From Solirubrobacterales bacterium (GTDB taxonomy: Bacteria; Actinomycetota; Thermoleophilia; Solirubrobacterales; 70-9): a stretch of DNA of 64,000 bases. The notes below the pieces were generated by a model, which did not search any database, was not told where the DNA came from, and was given only the letters and a program-made list of their open reading frames with translations. The stretch spans positions 3,161 to 67,160 of the forward strand of contig DASURF010000022.1 in NCBI GenBank assembly GCA_036280195.1, given 5' to 3'. The position numbers were made by a program, and so were the translations under genes. Positions 1 through 9,043 of the stretch are shown here, in pieces. Positions within the stretch are counted from its first letter, which is position 1; each line of letters starts with the position of its first letter.

Positions 1-327
1 TTCGCCTGCCACGAGCCCGACACCGCTCGCACGATGGTCGTCGAGGCGCGGTCCGCCAGCGCCACCGCGGTTAGGCGCCGTGTCGAGCTTATGGACGAGT
101 TCGCGCGCTGCCTCGAATCGCAGGCTCGCGAGCTCCTTCCCGGCACCCGTGAGCACACGCCGCTGACCGCTTCCGGGATCGTCGGCGGAGTCGAATCCCT
201 GCTCTATTCGCGCCTCTGCAAGCAGGAGTACGACCAGCTCGAATCGCTTCTGCCCTCGCTGATGTACTTCGTGGTTCTTCCCTACGAGGGTCATGAGGCG
301 GCTAGTGAGGCGTTCGCGGTCAACTAG
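1..327 (+). CDS. TetR/AcrR-family regulator, C-terminal part (5' end outside window)
   Basis: Frame is open from nt 1 through the 34..327 ORF. The helical Leu/Glu-rich C-terminal region is typical of TetR ligand domains. No HTH is visible because the N-terminus is off-window. Confidence 0.45.
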   Translation, partial: FACHEPDTARTMVVEARSASATAVRRRVELMDEFARCLESQARELLPGTREHTPLTASGIVGGVESLLYSRLCKQEYDQLESLLPSLMYFVVLPYEGHEAASEAFAVN

Positions 328-395
328 ATCCAGAGTACTAAAATTGGACAACAAGTACAGCTCTTTTCTCGGTTGCATCGCTTAGTGTCGAGAAG

Positions 396-827
396 ATGCG
401 AAACCCCCGGCTCGCCCGCTTCGCGCTAATCGTTCTCTTCGTCAGTGCCCTGCTGATCGGCCTCACCGCGACGGCCTTTCCCCGCACCTTCTACGACGAC
501 TTTCCATTCCTCGCCCACTGGGTCGATCTGCTGCCGCCCTACAACGAGCACCTGGTCACCGACGTCGGCGGCCTCTATCTCGGCTTCGCGGTGCTCTTCG
601 GCTGGGCGGCTCGGAGCTTGGATCCGACGCTGATCCGCGCCACCTCGGTCGCCTGGCTGGTCACGGCTACCCTGCATCTTGCTTTCCATGCCGGCCACCT
701 CGGGGGCTTCGGGACCGCCGACGCGATAGCGGAGATCGCCTCGCTCGCGCTGCTGCTGCTGCCGGCGCCGCTGGCGATCTGGGGCTCGGGGCGGGAGCTG
801 CCGCCGCCCGAGGGGCCGCGACCCTAG
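396..827 (+). CDS. hypothetical integral membrane protein (about 4 TM segments)
   Basis: 143-aa ORF with alternating hydrophobic stretches (LIVLFVSALLIGL, LYLGFAVLFGW, VAWLVTATLHLAF, IASLALLLLPAPLAIW). An AT-rich spacer lies upstream. Confidence 0.5.
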   Translation: MRNPRLARFALIVLFVSALLIGLTATAFPRTFYDDFPFLAHWVDLLPPYNEHLVTDVGGLYLGFAVLFGWAARSLDPTLIRATSVAWLVTATLHLAFHAGHLGGFGTADAIAEIASLALLLLPAPLAIWGSGRELPPPEGPRP

Positions 828-848
828 AATCACTTGCCGCGGTTTCCT

Positions 849-937
849 GGAGGGGTGCCGGAGTGGTTGAACGGGGCGGTCTCGAAAACCGTTGGCCCTC
901 GTAAGGGGGCTCGTGGGTTCGAATCCCACCCCCTCCG
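849..937 (+). tRNA. tRNA-Ser (anticodon CGA)
   Basis: Acceptor GGAGGGG/CCCCTCC. Anticodon stem-loop GCGGT-CTCGAAA-ACCGT. Long variable arm and T-arm GGTTCGAATCC. 89 nt. Confidence 0.9.
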
Positions 938-948
938 TCGTCGTTTAA

Positions 949-2940
949 GTGGACACCGGGGTTTGTCGAAGTAGTCGTGTGGCCGCCGGAGAGCAGACCA
1001 AGGTCGGCCGATTCTTCGATCGGCATCCGCGCCTGCTGCGGGCGTTGGCGCTGCTGGCCCTGACCTGGGGGCTCGGCTACCTGACCTGGCGGATCGGCTG
1101 GAGCGGCGAGGGCGCCGACCCCGTCGCCTTCGCGATGCTGCTGGCAACCGAGGTCTACGGCCTCTACGCCCTCGCCGTGCTCACCTGGTTCTCGTGGTCG
1201 CGCCGGCCGGCCCGGCGGCCGGCGACCACCCCCGGCCGCGCGGTCGACGTCTACGTCTGCACCTACGACGAGCCGGTCGAGGTGGTGATGGCGACGCTGG
1301 CCGGCTGCCGCGCGCTCACCTATCCGCACACCACCTACCTGCTCGACGACGGGCGGCGGGCCGAGATGCGGGAGCTGGCCGAGCTGGCCGGCGCCCGCTA
1401 CCTGACCCGGCCCGACAACTCCCACGCCAAGGCGGGCAACATCAACGCGGCGCTGCCGCGGACCGACAGCGACCTGGTCCTCGTCCTCGACGCCGACCAC
1501 GTGCCGATGCCCGACGCCCTCGACGCCCTGGTCGGCTACTTCGACGACGAGCGGATGGCGATCGTCCAGACCCCGCACGACTTCTTCAACCACGACTCGG
1601 TCCAGCACTACGTCGTCGGCCGCCACGAGCAGTCGCTCTTCTACCGGGTGATCTGCCCCGGCAAGGACCGCCACCACGCCGCCTACTGGTGCGGCTCGGC
1701 GGCGCTGATCAACCGCCAGGCGCTGCTCGCGATCGGCGGCGTCGCGACCGAGACGATCGCCGAGGACTTCCACACCACGATCCGGCTGATCCGCCACGGC
1801 TGGCGCACCCGCTACCACGACGAGGTCCTGGTCCAGGGGCTGGCGCCGCACGACCTCGACGGCTACCTGCTGCAGCGCGACCGCTGGGCGCGCGGCAACC
1901 TGGCGGTCTTCCGGCTGCCGGAGTCGCCGCTGCGGGCGCGGACGCTGAGCCCCTTGCAGCGACTCTCCTTCCTCGCCAGCCTGCTCGCCTACCTGGCGCC
2001 GCCGATGCGGCTGCTGCTGTTGCTCACCCTCGGTCTGGTCCTCTGGACCGGGGAGTTGCCGATGAAGATCAGCGTCGCCGCCCTGGCGGCGCTCTGGATG
2101 CCGTACCTCCTGCTCAACCTCGGCGCCGGCGCGGCTCTCGCCCGCGGCTACATGCGGATTCCCGAGACCGCCCACTACGAGCTGCTGACGATGGAGATCT
2201 ACACGCGGGCACTTCGCTGCGCCCTGGTCCCCGGCAAGACCGCCTTCAAGGTGACGCCGAAGCAGGGACGCGACGGCGGTGGCCTGCAGGCGCTGCGCAA
2301 GCTCCACCTGGTCCTCCTCTGCACGGCGCTGCTGGCGGCGGGGACGTTGATGCGGCTGCTCGACCTCGCCGGGGTCGGCCCGCTGCCGGACCTGCCGGGA
2401 ATCGCGGCGGTGGTCGTCCCGCTGCTCGGCCTCTTCGAGCTGCGGCGGCTGCTGGCGACGCTCCTGGCGGTCGGCCGGCGGCGCCAGCGCCGGCTCGTCT
2501 ACCGCTTCGAGGGCGACGCGGAGGCGAACCTCTACGACTCCAGCGCCCACACCCCCGCCCGCCTCGTCGACGCCTCCGCCGCCGGCCTCGGCATGGTCGC
2601 CGCCGCGCCGCTGGAGGTGGGGAGCCGGCCGGCGGTCCTGCTCGAGCTGACCGACGCCGCCGGCGAGCCGCACGAGATCGCCGCGCGGGTAGAAGTCCGT
2701 ACCTGCCGCGGGGTCGAAGGCAGCTTCCTGATCGGCGCCACGATCCTCGAAATCGACCCGGACGCCCGCCTGCGGCTGATGGAGTGGTGCTACGTCGTCT
2801 GCAGCCACGAGCGGCTGCGCGGACGGCGCCCGGCGGCGCCGCTGCCCGAGTCGGAGGCGATCGTCGTCGCCCTCGACGACTACCGCGATCGCGAACCGAT
2901 TCCGACCCGTCCGTCGATTCCCGCACTGCGGCAAGCTTGA
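949..2940 (+). CDS. family-2 glycosyltransferase, cellulose-synthase (BcsA)-like, with C-terminal PilZ domain
   Basis: GT2 motifs are present: DDGRR, DADHVP, QTPHDF and QRDRWARG (QxxRW), followed by several TM helices. The C-terminus carries PilZ signatures RRRQRR (RxxxR) and DASAAG (D/NxSxxG). Confidence 0.85.
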   Translation: MDTGVCRSSRVAAGEQTKVGRFFDRHPRLLRALALLALTWGLGYLTWRIGWSGEGADPVAFAMLLATEVYGLYALAVLTWFSWSRRPARRPATTPGRAVDVYVCTYDEPVEVVMATLAGCRALTYPHTTYLLDDGRRAEMRELAELAGARYLTRPDNSHAKAGNINAALPRTDSDLVLVLDADHVPMPDALDALVGYFDDERMAIVQTPHDFFNHDSVQHYVVGRHEQSLFYRVICPGKDRHHAAYWCGSAALINRQALLAIGGVATETIAEDFHTTIRLIRHGWRTRYHDEVLVQGLAPHDLDGYLLQRDRWARGNLAVFRLPESPLRARTLSPLQRLSFLASLLAYLAPPMRLLLLLTLGLVLWTGELPMKISVAALAALWMPYLLLNLGAGAALARGYMRIPETAHYELLTMEIYTRALRCALVPGKTAFKVTPKQGRDGGGLQALRKLHLVLLCTALLAAGTLMRLLDLAGVGPLPDLPGIAAVVVPLLGLFELRRLLATLLAVGRRRQRRLVYRFEGDAEANLYDSSAHTPARLVDASAAGLGMVAAAPLEVGSRPAVLLELTDAAGEPHEIAARVEVRTCRGVEGSFLIGATILEIDPDARLRLMEWCYVVCSHERLRGRRPAAPLPESEAIVVALDDYRDREPIPTRPSIPALRQA

Positions 2941-3140
2941 ACCGCTAGGCTTGATTGATGCGGCGGTTTCTTGTAAACCGCTGATGGGGAAACGGAGAGG
3001 ACCGACATCATCGGCCAAGAAACGCCGGTCCTCTCACGGGGTCGCAACGGAGCCGAAAGCTCCGCTGCCTGCCTGAGTATAGAGTCGACCTCAATTACTC
3101 GGGCAGCGACTGAGCGCCCACGGTCGCTACTTGCGGGTAG

Positions 3141-3230
3141 CGGAGAGGGTGGGATTCGAACCCACGAGGCGGGTTAACCCCGCCCACGCGATTTCCAATC
3201 GCGCTCCTTAAGCCACTCGGACACCTCTCC
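3141..3230 (-). tRNA. tRNA-Ser (anticodon GGA)
   Basis: Reverse complement gives GGAGAGG...CCTCTCC acceptor, anticodon loop TTGGAAA, long variable arm and T-arm GGTTCGAATCC. Confidence 0.9.
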
Positions 3231-3254
3231 GGGTCCACACAGGGTATCGGCGCT

Positions 3255-3686
3255 CTAGCCGCGGCGGTCGGCGAAGAACTCGCGTAGGATCGCGGCGCAC
3301 TCTGCTTCGCGGACGCCGGCGATCACCTCGGGGCGGTGGTTCAAGGCCGGCTCGGCGAGGACGTCGAGGACGCTGCCGGCGGCGCCGGCCTTGGGGTCGG
3401 GGGTGCCGAACACGACCAGCGGGACGCGGGCGAGGACGATCGCGCCGGCGCACATCGCGCAGGGCTCGAGGGTGACGAAGAGCGTCGTCCCCGGCAGTCG
3501 CCAGCCGCCGAGCTCGGCCGCGGCGGCGCGGATCGCCAGCAGCTCGGCGTGGGCGGTCGGATCGCGGCGCAGCTCGCGCTCGTTGCCCGCCCGCGCCAGC
3601 AGCTCGCCGTCGCGGAAGACGGCGGCGCCGATCGGCACGTCGCCGTGCGCCTCGGCCTTGCGGGCCTCCTCGAGTGCGACCTCCAT
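3255..3686 (-). CDS. tadA: tRNA-specific adenosine deaminase
   Basis: Deaminase zinc motifs HAE (TAHAELLAI) and PCAMC (LEPCAMCAGA). 143 aa from the ATG at 3686; an alternative GTG lies at 3713. The upstream part of the 227-aa track ORF is not deaminase-like. Confidence 0.85.
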   Translation of the reverse strand: MEVALEEARKAEAHGDVPIGAAVFRDGELLARAGNERELRRDPTAHAELLAIRAAAAELGGWRLPGTTLFVTLEPCAMCAGAIVLARVPLVVFGTPDPKAGAAGSVLDVLAEPALNHRPEVIAGVREAECAAILREFFADRRG

Positions 3687-3804
3687 CCCGGCATCCAGGT
3701 TGCCCGTGTCCACGATCCGTGAGTATGTCCAGCGACAACTTCCGCGGCCTTGCGGTGTTGGTGGAGGGCCGGATCCAGGGATTCCGGCCGCCACTCGAGA
3801 ACAG

Positions 3805-5169
3805 ATGAGACGACTCCTTTCCATGCTTCTGCCGTTGCTGGGCGCAATCGGGGCGCTGTCCCTTGCCGCCTCCCCCGCCGCTGCCGCGACGGGCGTCTCT
3901 CCGGCGCGCGCGTTCGTTCCCGGGCAGCTGCTGGTCAAGTTCGAGGGGCAGCGGCGGGGCGAAGCGATCGCCCTCCCACGTGGGCTGGGCGTGCGCGCGA
4001 CGGCCCGCGCCCTGCGGCAGAGCCCGTCGGTCGTCTACGCCGCGCCGAACTACCTGGCCACGGCATCGGCGGCCCCCGAACCGTTCGACCCCGACGACTC
4101 GGGCCGGTTGAAGGGAGGCGCCCGCTCCTCGAGCGCGTCGGGCAGGTGGGCCTTCAGGCAGTGGAACTTCCTCGCGCCCAGGGCGAGCGCCGGGAGCCAC
4201 CTACCGACCTCGCCCGGGGGCATCGATGCCGTCGGCGCCTGGCGCAACCTGGTCGACGTCGGCCGGCCGGGCGCCGCCGGCATCGTCGTCGCGGTGCTCG
4301 ACAGCGGCATCGCCTACCGCGCTGACGGCACGCGGTTCCTCCCCAGCCCCGATTTCGGCCCTGAGCAATTCGTTCCCGGCCACGACTTCGTCGACGGCGA
4401 CCAGCTGCCACTCGACGAAAGCGGCCACGGCACCCACGTGGCGGGGACGATCGCCGAGAAGACCGACAACGGGTTCGGGCTCACCGGCCTCGCCTACGGG
4501 GCGAAGTTGATGCCGGTGCGGGTGCTGGACGAGCGGGGACTCGGCGACGCGCTGCAGATCGCCCAGGGGATCCGCTTCGCCGTCGCCCACGGTGCCCAGG
4601 TGATCAACATGAGCTTCAACTTTCCCTGTGGCAAGGAAGTGCCGATGGTGGACGAAGCGCTGCGCGAAGCCTACGAGCAAGGGGTCGTCGCGGTTGCCTC
4701 CGCCGGCAATCGCGGCACCGAGAAATGCGTCTCGGCGCCGGCGACCGGGCCACGGGTGATCGGGGTCGGCGGGACCACGGAGGGTGCCTGCCTGGGTGAC
4801 TACTCCCTGCCCGGAGCCGGCATCGACCTCGTCGCCCCCGGAGGCGGCGAACCGCGGGCCCGCTGCCGCTCGGTCGCGGCGCGGCCGATCTACCAGGTGA
4901 CGCTTCGAACCGACAGCACCGACACGTTCGGGATCCCCGCCAATTACGTCGGCACCTCGATGGCCGCCGCCCACGTCTCCGGGGTCGCCGCGATGGTCCT
5001 CGCCAGCCGCCGGATAAACCCGCTGCTGGACGGCGAGGCGCGGGTCCGCGCGGTGACCAAGCGCCTGCGCAGCACCGCCCGCGACCTAGGCCTGTCCCGG
5101 CGCCAGCAGGGCGCCGGCCTGCTCGACGCCGACGCGGCCACGGGCACCGGGCCGACGTTCTACCCCTGA
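3805..5169 (+). CDS. secreted subtilisin-like serine protease (peptidase S8)
   Basis: Catalytic triad motifs VAVLDSGI (Asp), HGTHVAGTIA (His) and GTSMAAAHVSG (Ser). Signal peptide MRRLLSMLLPLLGAIGALSLAASPAAA starts at the ATG at 3805. Confidence 0.85.
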   Translation: MRRLLSMLLPLLGAIGALSLAASPAAAATGVSPARAFVPGQLLVKFEGQRRGEAIALPRGLGVRATARALRQSPSVVYAAPNYLATASAAPEPFDPDDSGRLKGGARSSSASGRWAFRQWNFLAPRASAGSHLPTSPGGIDAVGAWRNLVDVGRPGAAGIVVAVLDSGIAYRADGTRFLPSPDFGPEQFVPGHDFVDGDQLPLDESGHGTHVAGTIAEKTDNGFGLTGLAYGAKLMPVRVLDERGLGDALQIAQGIRFAVAHGAQVINMSFNFPCGKEVPMVDEALREAYEQGVVAVASAGNRGTEKCVSAPATGPRVIGVGGTTEGACLGDYSLPGAGIDLVAPGGGEPRARCRSVAARPIYQVTLRTDSTDTFGIPANYVGTSMAAAHVSGVAAMVLASRRINPLLDGEARVRAVTKRLRSTARDLGLSRRQQGAGLLDADAATGTGPTFYP

Positions 5170-5176
5170 CGCGCCG

Positions 5177-5620
5177 TCAGGTGGTGCGGACGATGATGAC
5201 GCTGCAGGGAGCGTGGTGGGAGACGTTGTTGGGGACGCTGCCGAGCAGGTAGCGGCGCGCGCCGGTCATCCCCTTGTTGCCGACGACGATCAGGTCGGCC
5301 TTGGTCTCTTCGGCGACGTTGAGGATCGCGTCGGCTGGATCGCCCTCGACCGGATGGGTCTGCACCTCGATCCCCGCTTTCTTCGCCTCGGCGGCAGCGG
5401 CGTCGAGGACCAGGATGACGTCCTCGCGCGGCCCGATCTCGTACTGGACGTCGGCCGGCGCTTCCGACTGCTCGGCTTGGACCCGGCGGGCGGAAGTGGG
5501 CGAGTAGGCGCTGACGATGCTGAGCGTCCCGCCGGTGAGCTTGGCGAGGTCGATCGCCTGATGCACCGCCTCGGCAGCCGTCTCGGATCCATCGGTCCCC
5601 ACCACGATGCGATTGAACAC
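5177..5620 (-). CDS. universal stress protein (UspA family)
   Basis: 147 aa. Typical Usp pattern: IVVGTDGS...A...A, LIVVGNKG, GSV...V..HAPCSV.IV. RBS GAAGGAGG lies upstream. Confidence 0.85.
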   Translation of the reverse strand: MFNRIVVGTDGSETAAEAVHQAIDLAKLTGGTLSIVSAYSPTSARRVQAEQSEAPADVQYEIGPREDVILVLDAAAAEAKKAGIEVQTHPVEGDPADAILNVAEETKADLIVVGNKGMTGARRYLLGSVPNNVSHHAPCSVIIVRTT

Positions 5621-5652
5621 GCCGCCTCCTTCGTCGCTGAACGCGCTCGATA

Positions 5653-5781
5653 CTAACGCTGGTTCGCCGGGAGGCTGCGGTAGCCGCGATAGCCGTCGCC
5701 GAGGATTTCGGTCGGCGTGGTGGCCAGCCGGTAGACGGCGATCACCATCGAGATCGCCAGGCAGACGACGAGGACGGCCAT
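5653..5781 (-). CDS. possible 42-aa single-TM peptide upstream of usp
   Basis: ATG preceded by GGAGAG. Translation is MAVLVVCLAISMVIAVYRLATTPTEILGDGYRGYRSLPANQR. It is below the ORF-track length cutoff and was read by hand. Confidence 0.3.
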   Translation of the reverse strand: MAVLVVCLAISMVIAVYRLATTPTEILGDGYRGYRSLPANQR

Positions 5782-5817
5782 CCCCACTCTCCAGATCAAA
5801 GGCACGCGGGAACCCTA

Positions 5818-6558
5818 GTGACCCCCGTTAAGGTGAGCACCATGGCACTGGAGAAGGTGGCGGACGGCGTCTGGCTGCTGCGGGGAGATTTCCGCGGGGC
5901 GATGAACATCTACTTCCTCGAGGACGGCGACGGGGTGGTCCAGTTCGACGCCGGCACCAGGGCGATGCGGAAGAAGGCGAGGGCCGCGGCGGAGGAGCTC
6001 GGCGGGCTGAAGCGGGTTGTGCTCGGCCACGCTCACGCCGACCACCGCGGCACCGCCCCCTACATGGGCGTGCCGGTCCTCTGCCACCCGGACGAAAAAG
6101 CCGACGCCGAAAGCGACGCCGCCCTCGCGCCCTACTTCGACCTCTCGCAACTGCCGGTCGCCTGGGTGCGGTGGCTCTACCCCTTCCTGCTGCGGCGCTG
6201 GGACGGCGGCGCGGTGCGGATCGCCGACACGGTGATCGAGGGGGACGAGGTCGCCGGCTTCGAGGTCCTCCACTTCCCCGGCCACGCGCCGGGACTGATC
6301 GGCCTCTGGCGGGAGAGCGACCGGGTGGCGATCGTCAGCGACGTCGTCTACCTGGTCGACTCGGCGCGGTTGAAACCGCTGCCGGAGGGCGAGGCCAGCG
6401 TCCCCCACCCCGCCTGGGCCTGGAACCACGCAAAGGCGAAGGAGTCGGTGCGGCGCCTGGCCGCGCTTGAACCGCGCGTCGTCTGCGCGGGGCACGAGCA
6501 TCCGCTGCGCGGGGACAACCTGCGCGAGACGCTCGAACGGGCGGCCGAGAAGTACTGA
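5818..6558 (+). CDS. MBL-fold metallo-hydrolase
   Basis: HxHxDH motif (GHAHADHRG), a later HFPGHAPG, and a C-terminal H. An alternative ATG start lies at 5842. Confidence 0.8.
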   Translation: MTPVKVSTMALEKVADGVWLLRGDFRGAMNIYFLEDGDGVVQFDAGTRAMRKKARAAAEELGGLKRVVLGHAHADHRGTAPYMGVPVLCHPDEKADAESDAALAPYFDLSQLPVAWVRWLYPFLLRRWDGGAVRIADTVIEGDEVAGFEVLHFPGHAPGLIGLWRESDRVAIVSDVVYLVDSARLKPLPEGEASVPHPAWAWNHAKAKESVRRLAALEPRVVCAGHEHPLRGDNLRETLERAAEKY

Positions 6559-6589
6559 AACCGGCTCCTGCCATAACTTCCAGCGCCTG

Positions 6590-9043
6590 ATGATCGCCAC
6601 CTACGCCTCGGCGGCGCTGGTCTGCGCCGTCTCGCTGCTGGTCGGCCGCGCCGTTCTCTCGCTCGCCGGCAGCCGCGTGTGGTCATGGCTGGAGCCCGCG
6701 GTCGGCCTCGGCGCGGTGCTGACCGTGACCGGCCTGCTGGCGCGTGCGCCGGGCCACGGCACCTCGGCGACCCTCGGGCTCGCGGCGCTGGTCGTGGCCG
6801 CGGCGCTGGTCCTGTGGCGAAGCGGCGTTCGTCCTTTTCCCGACAAGGACGTCCAAAGGACGAACGCCGGGAGTCCGTGGCGCGAGGGACTGCCGGTGGC
6901 GGCGGTGGTCCTGGTCGTGCTCTCGATCCCCTTCGCGATCAGCGGCCACTGGGGGCTGCTCGGCGTCGGCTTCAACAACGACCTCGGCCTGCACCTGGCC
7001 TGGGCCGAGTGGCTGCGCAGCGGCTTCGGCCCCGATGCCGACCCCGGCTACCCGCTGGGTCCCCACGGCCTGGCGGTGGCGACGGCGACCGTGCCGGGCA
7101 TCGGCCTCGGCCAGGCCTTCCTCGGCGAGATCATCGCGATCGGCGTCCTCACCGGATTGACGGCCCTGGGCGCGCTGCGATCGATGACCCCGACGCGTCG
7201 CACGATCGCCGCGGCCATGGTCGCCGTCCCCTACCTCGCCGCTTCCTACTACGCCCAAGCAGCCTTCAAGGAGACGGCAGAGGCCCTGCTCGTACTTGCT
7301 TTCGCACTTCTTCTGGCCTCTGTCTCAGAGGAGCAAAAGATGCGGCCGGATAGCGCCGGCAGCCAGACCCCCTCCCCAGACACTCAACATCGAGCGCGGC
7401 GAGATGTGTCTGAGGCGGGGGTCTGGCTGCCGGCGCTCACCCTCGCCGGTGGCATCTTCTTCAGCTACTCCTTCGCTGGGATCGCGTGGCCAGTAGCGAT
7501 CCTCGTCCTCTGGAGCCTGACGCTGCCTGAGGTGCGGGCGGCGCTGCGGCCGCGGGCGCTGCTGCGCTTCCTGTTGCGGCCGGTGACCCTGCTGGCGCTG
7601 GCCGCCCTGGCGGGGATCGCGGTGCTGGTCACGGTGGTCGGCCCCTTCGGCTTCGCCGGTAGCTTCAACAAGGTCGCCGGCAGCAACACCTACGGGCCGG
7701 TCTCGCCGCTCGAGGCGCTGGGGATCTGGCCCGCCTCGAACTACCGCCTCGACGCCGCCGGCGGAGCGCGGCTGCCGGGCCTGGCGGGGACGATCTCGAT
7801 CCTCGCCCTGCTGGTCGGCGTCGCCTGGTGGGTAAAGCGCCGCGAAGCGACGATCCCGATCGCCCTCGGCGCCGCCTGGCTCCTCTACCTCGTCTCGCTC
7901 CCCTCCGCGGGCGACTACTCCCAGGCCAAGGCGCTGATGATCGCCGCCCCCCTGGCGATGCTCGTCATCGCCCGCCCCCTGCTGGAGGAATTCCCGCGCG
8001 TCGGGCACCGGGGAAGTGGGTCCGCCGGACCCTCCCCCGCGGCGCCCCCCCTGCGGCTGGCGTGGGCGGTCCTGGCAGTGGCCTTCATCGGAGGCGCGGT
8101 CTGGTCCAGCTTCCTCGCGTTGCGCGACGCGCCGGTGGGGCCGCCCGGGCACGGGGCCGAGCTGAGCGCCTTCCTGCCGATCGTCCACGGCAAGCCGGTC
8201 CTCTACGCGGGCCAGGACCGCTACGCCGCCTACGAGCTGCTCGGCGCCGACACCCACGTGCCGCTGGTCGAGTTCCCCGACGACGCCGTCTCGCCCAACC
8301 CGGAGAAGCCCTTCGACACCGGCGACGCCTACAGCCCGATCGACTTCGACTCCTTCTCGCGCGGGACGCTCGACCGCTTCCCATACGTGATCACCAGCCG
8401 CGCCGCCTGGAACAGCCAGGCGCCACCCGACTTCAAGCGGATCGCGACCACCGACTCCTACGTGCTCTGGGAACGGACCGGCCCGACCCCCGAGAGCCGC
8501 CACGTCCTGCTCGAGGGCACCGAGGCCGGGGCGCCGGCCGGCTGCGCGGCGCCGGAGGTGCGGATCCTGCTCGCCGACCCCGGGCGCGCCGGCCTCTTCC
8601 CCGGCGCGGTGATCGGCCACAAAGAGGACTGGGACGAGGGCAGCATCCTCGAGACCGGCGAAGAGGCCTCGCAGGCGCTGCGGCTGCCGGCCGGCAGCTG
8701 GAACCTCTCGCTGCAGTACTTCTCGCCCTTCGACCTGACGCTCTCGGCGCCGGGCTTCAGCGAAGGGCTGAAGGCGGCACTGGACGGCCAGCGGCCGAAC
8801 ACGATCAGCCTCGGCAACAACGGCCAGTTCTGGCCCGCCGGCCGCTTCGAGAGCGAGGGCGGCAGGGTCCGCTTCACGGTCGAGGCCGCCGAGGCCAGCG
8901 CCCTGCAGAGCCTCACCGGCTACGACGGCAAGGCCTACCTCGGCGAGCTGGTCGCGGTCCCGGCCGAGCCGCACCGCACCGTGCCGCTCTCACAGGCTTG
9001 CAACCAGTGGATCGACTGGTACGAAGCCGACGAAGCGCCCTAG
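6590..9043 (+). CDS. large polytopic membrane protein with C-terminal extracytoplasmic domain (possibly GT-C-like)
   Basis: From the ATG at 6590 there are more than 10 hydrophobic helices, then a soluble domain of about 300 aa. The upstream part of the track ORF is Arg-rich and overlaps the MBL gene end. Confidence 0.65.
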   Translation: MIATYASAALVCAVSLLVGRAVLSLAGSRVWSWLEPAVGLGAVLTVTGLLARAPGHGTSATLGLAALVVAAALVLWRSGVRPFPDKDVQRTNAGSPWREGLPVAAVVLVVLSIPFAISGHWGLLGVGFNNDLGLHLAWAEWLRSGFGPDADPGYPLGPHGLAVATATVPGIGLGQAFLGEIIAIGVLTGLTALGALRSMTPTRRTIAAAMVAVPYLAASYYAQAAFKETAEALLVLAFALLLASVSEEQKMRPDSAGSQTPSPDTQHRARRDVSEAGVWLPALTLAGGIFFSYSFAGIAWPVAILVLWSLTLPEVRAALRPRALLRFLLRPVTLLALAALAGIAVLVTVVGPFGFAGSFNKVAGSNTYGPVSPLEALGIWPASNYRLDAAGGARLPGLAGTISILALLVGVAWWVKRREATIPIALGAAWLLYLVSLPSAGDYSQAKALMIAAPLAMLVIARPLLEEFPRVGHRGSGSAGPSPAAPPLRLAWAVLAVAFIGGAVWSSFLALRDAPVGPPGHGAELSAFLPIVHGKPVLYAGQDRYAAYELLGADTHVPLVEFPDDAVSPNPEKPFDTGDAYSPIDFDSFSRGTLDRFPYVITSRAAWNSQAPPDFKRIATTDSYVLWERTGPTPESRHVLLEGTEAGAPAGCAAPEVRILLADPGRAGLFPGAVIGHKEDWDEGSILETGEEASQALRLPAGSWNLSLQYFSPFDLTLSAPGFSEGLKAALDGQRPNTISLGNNGQFWPAGRFESEGGRVRFTVEAAEASALQSLTGYDGKAYLGELVAVPAEPHRTVPLSQACNQWIDWYEADEAP

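Noticed and set aside
667-3018. 783-aa minus-strand ORF spanning the tRNA-Ser and the whole GT2-PilZ gene
   Set aside because: It is antisense to a gene with clear catalytic motifs and runs through a tRNA. The translation is Arg/Gly/Pro/Ala-rich low-complexity sequence, typical of off-frame reading in high-GC DNA.
2990-3070. c-di-GMP-I riboswitch next to the PilZ-containing synthase
   Set aside because: There is only a loose resemblance (GCAAC...GAAAGC). It lies downstream of the gene rather than upstream, and no gene follows it on the plus strand.
2941-3140. SRP (4.5S) RNA downstream of tadA/tRNA-Ser
   Set aside because: The synteny made it attractive. However, neither strand shows the conserved domain IV pattern I remember (GGAA-type tetraloop flanked by the A-rich/AGCA loop motifs). 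It is kept only as an unclassified structured region.
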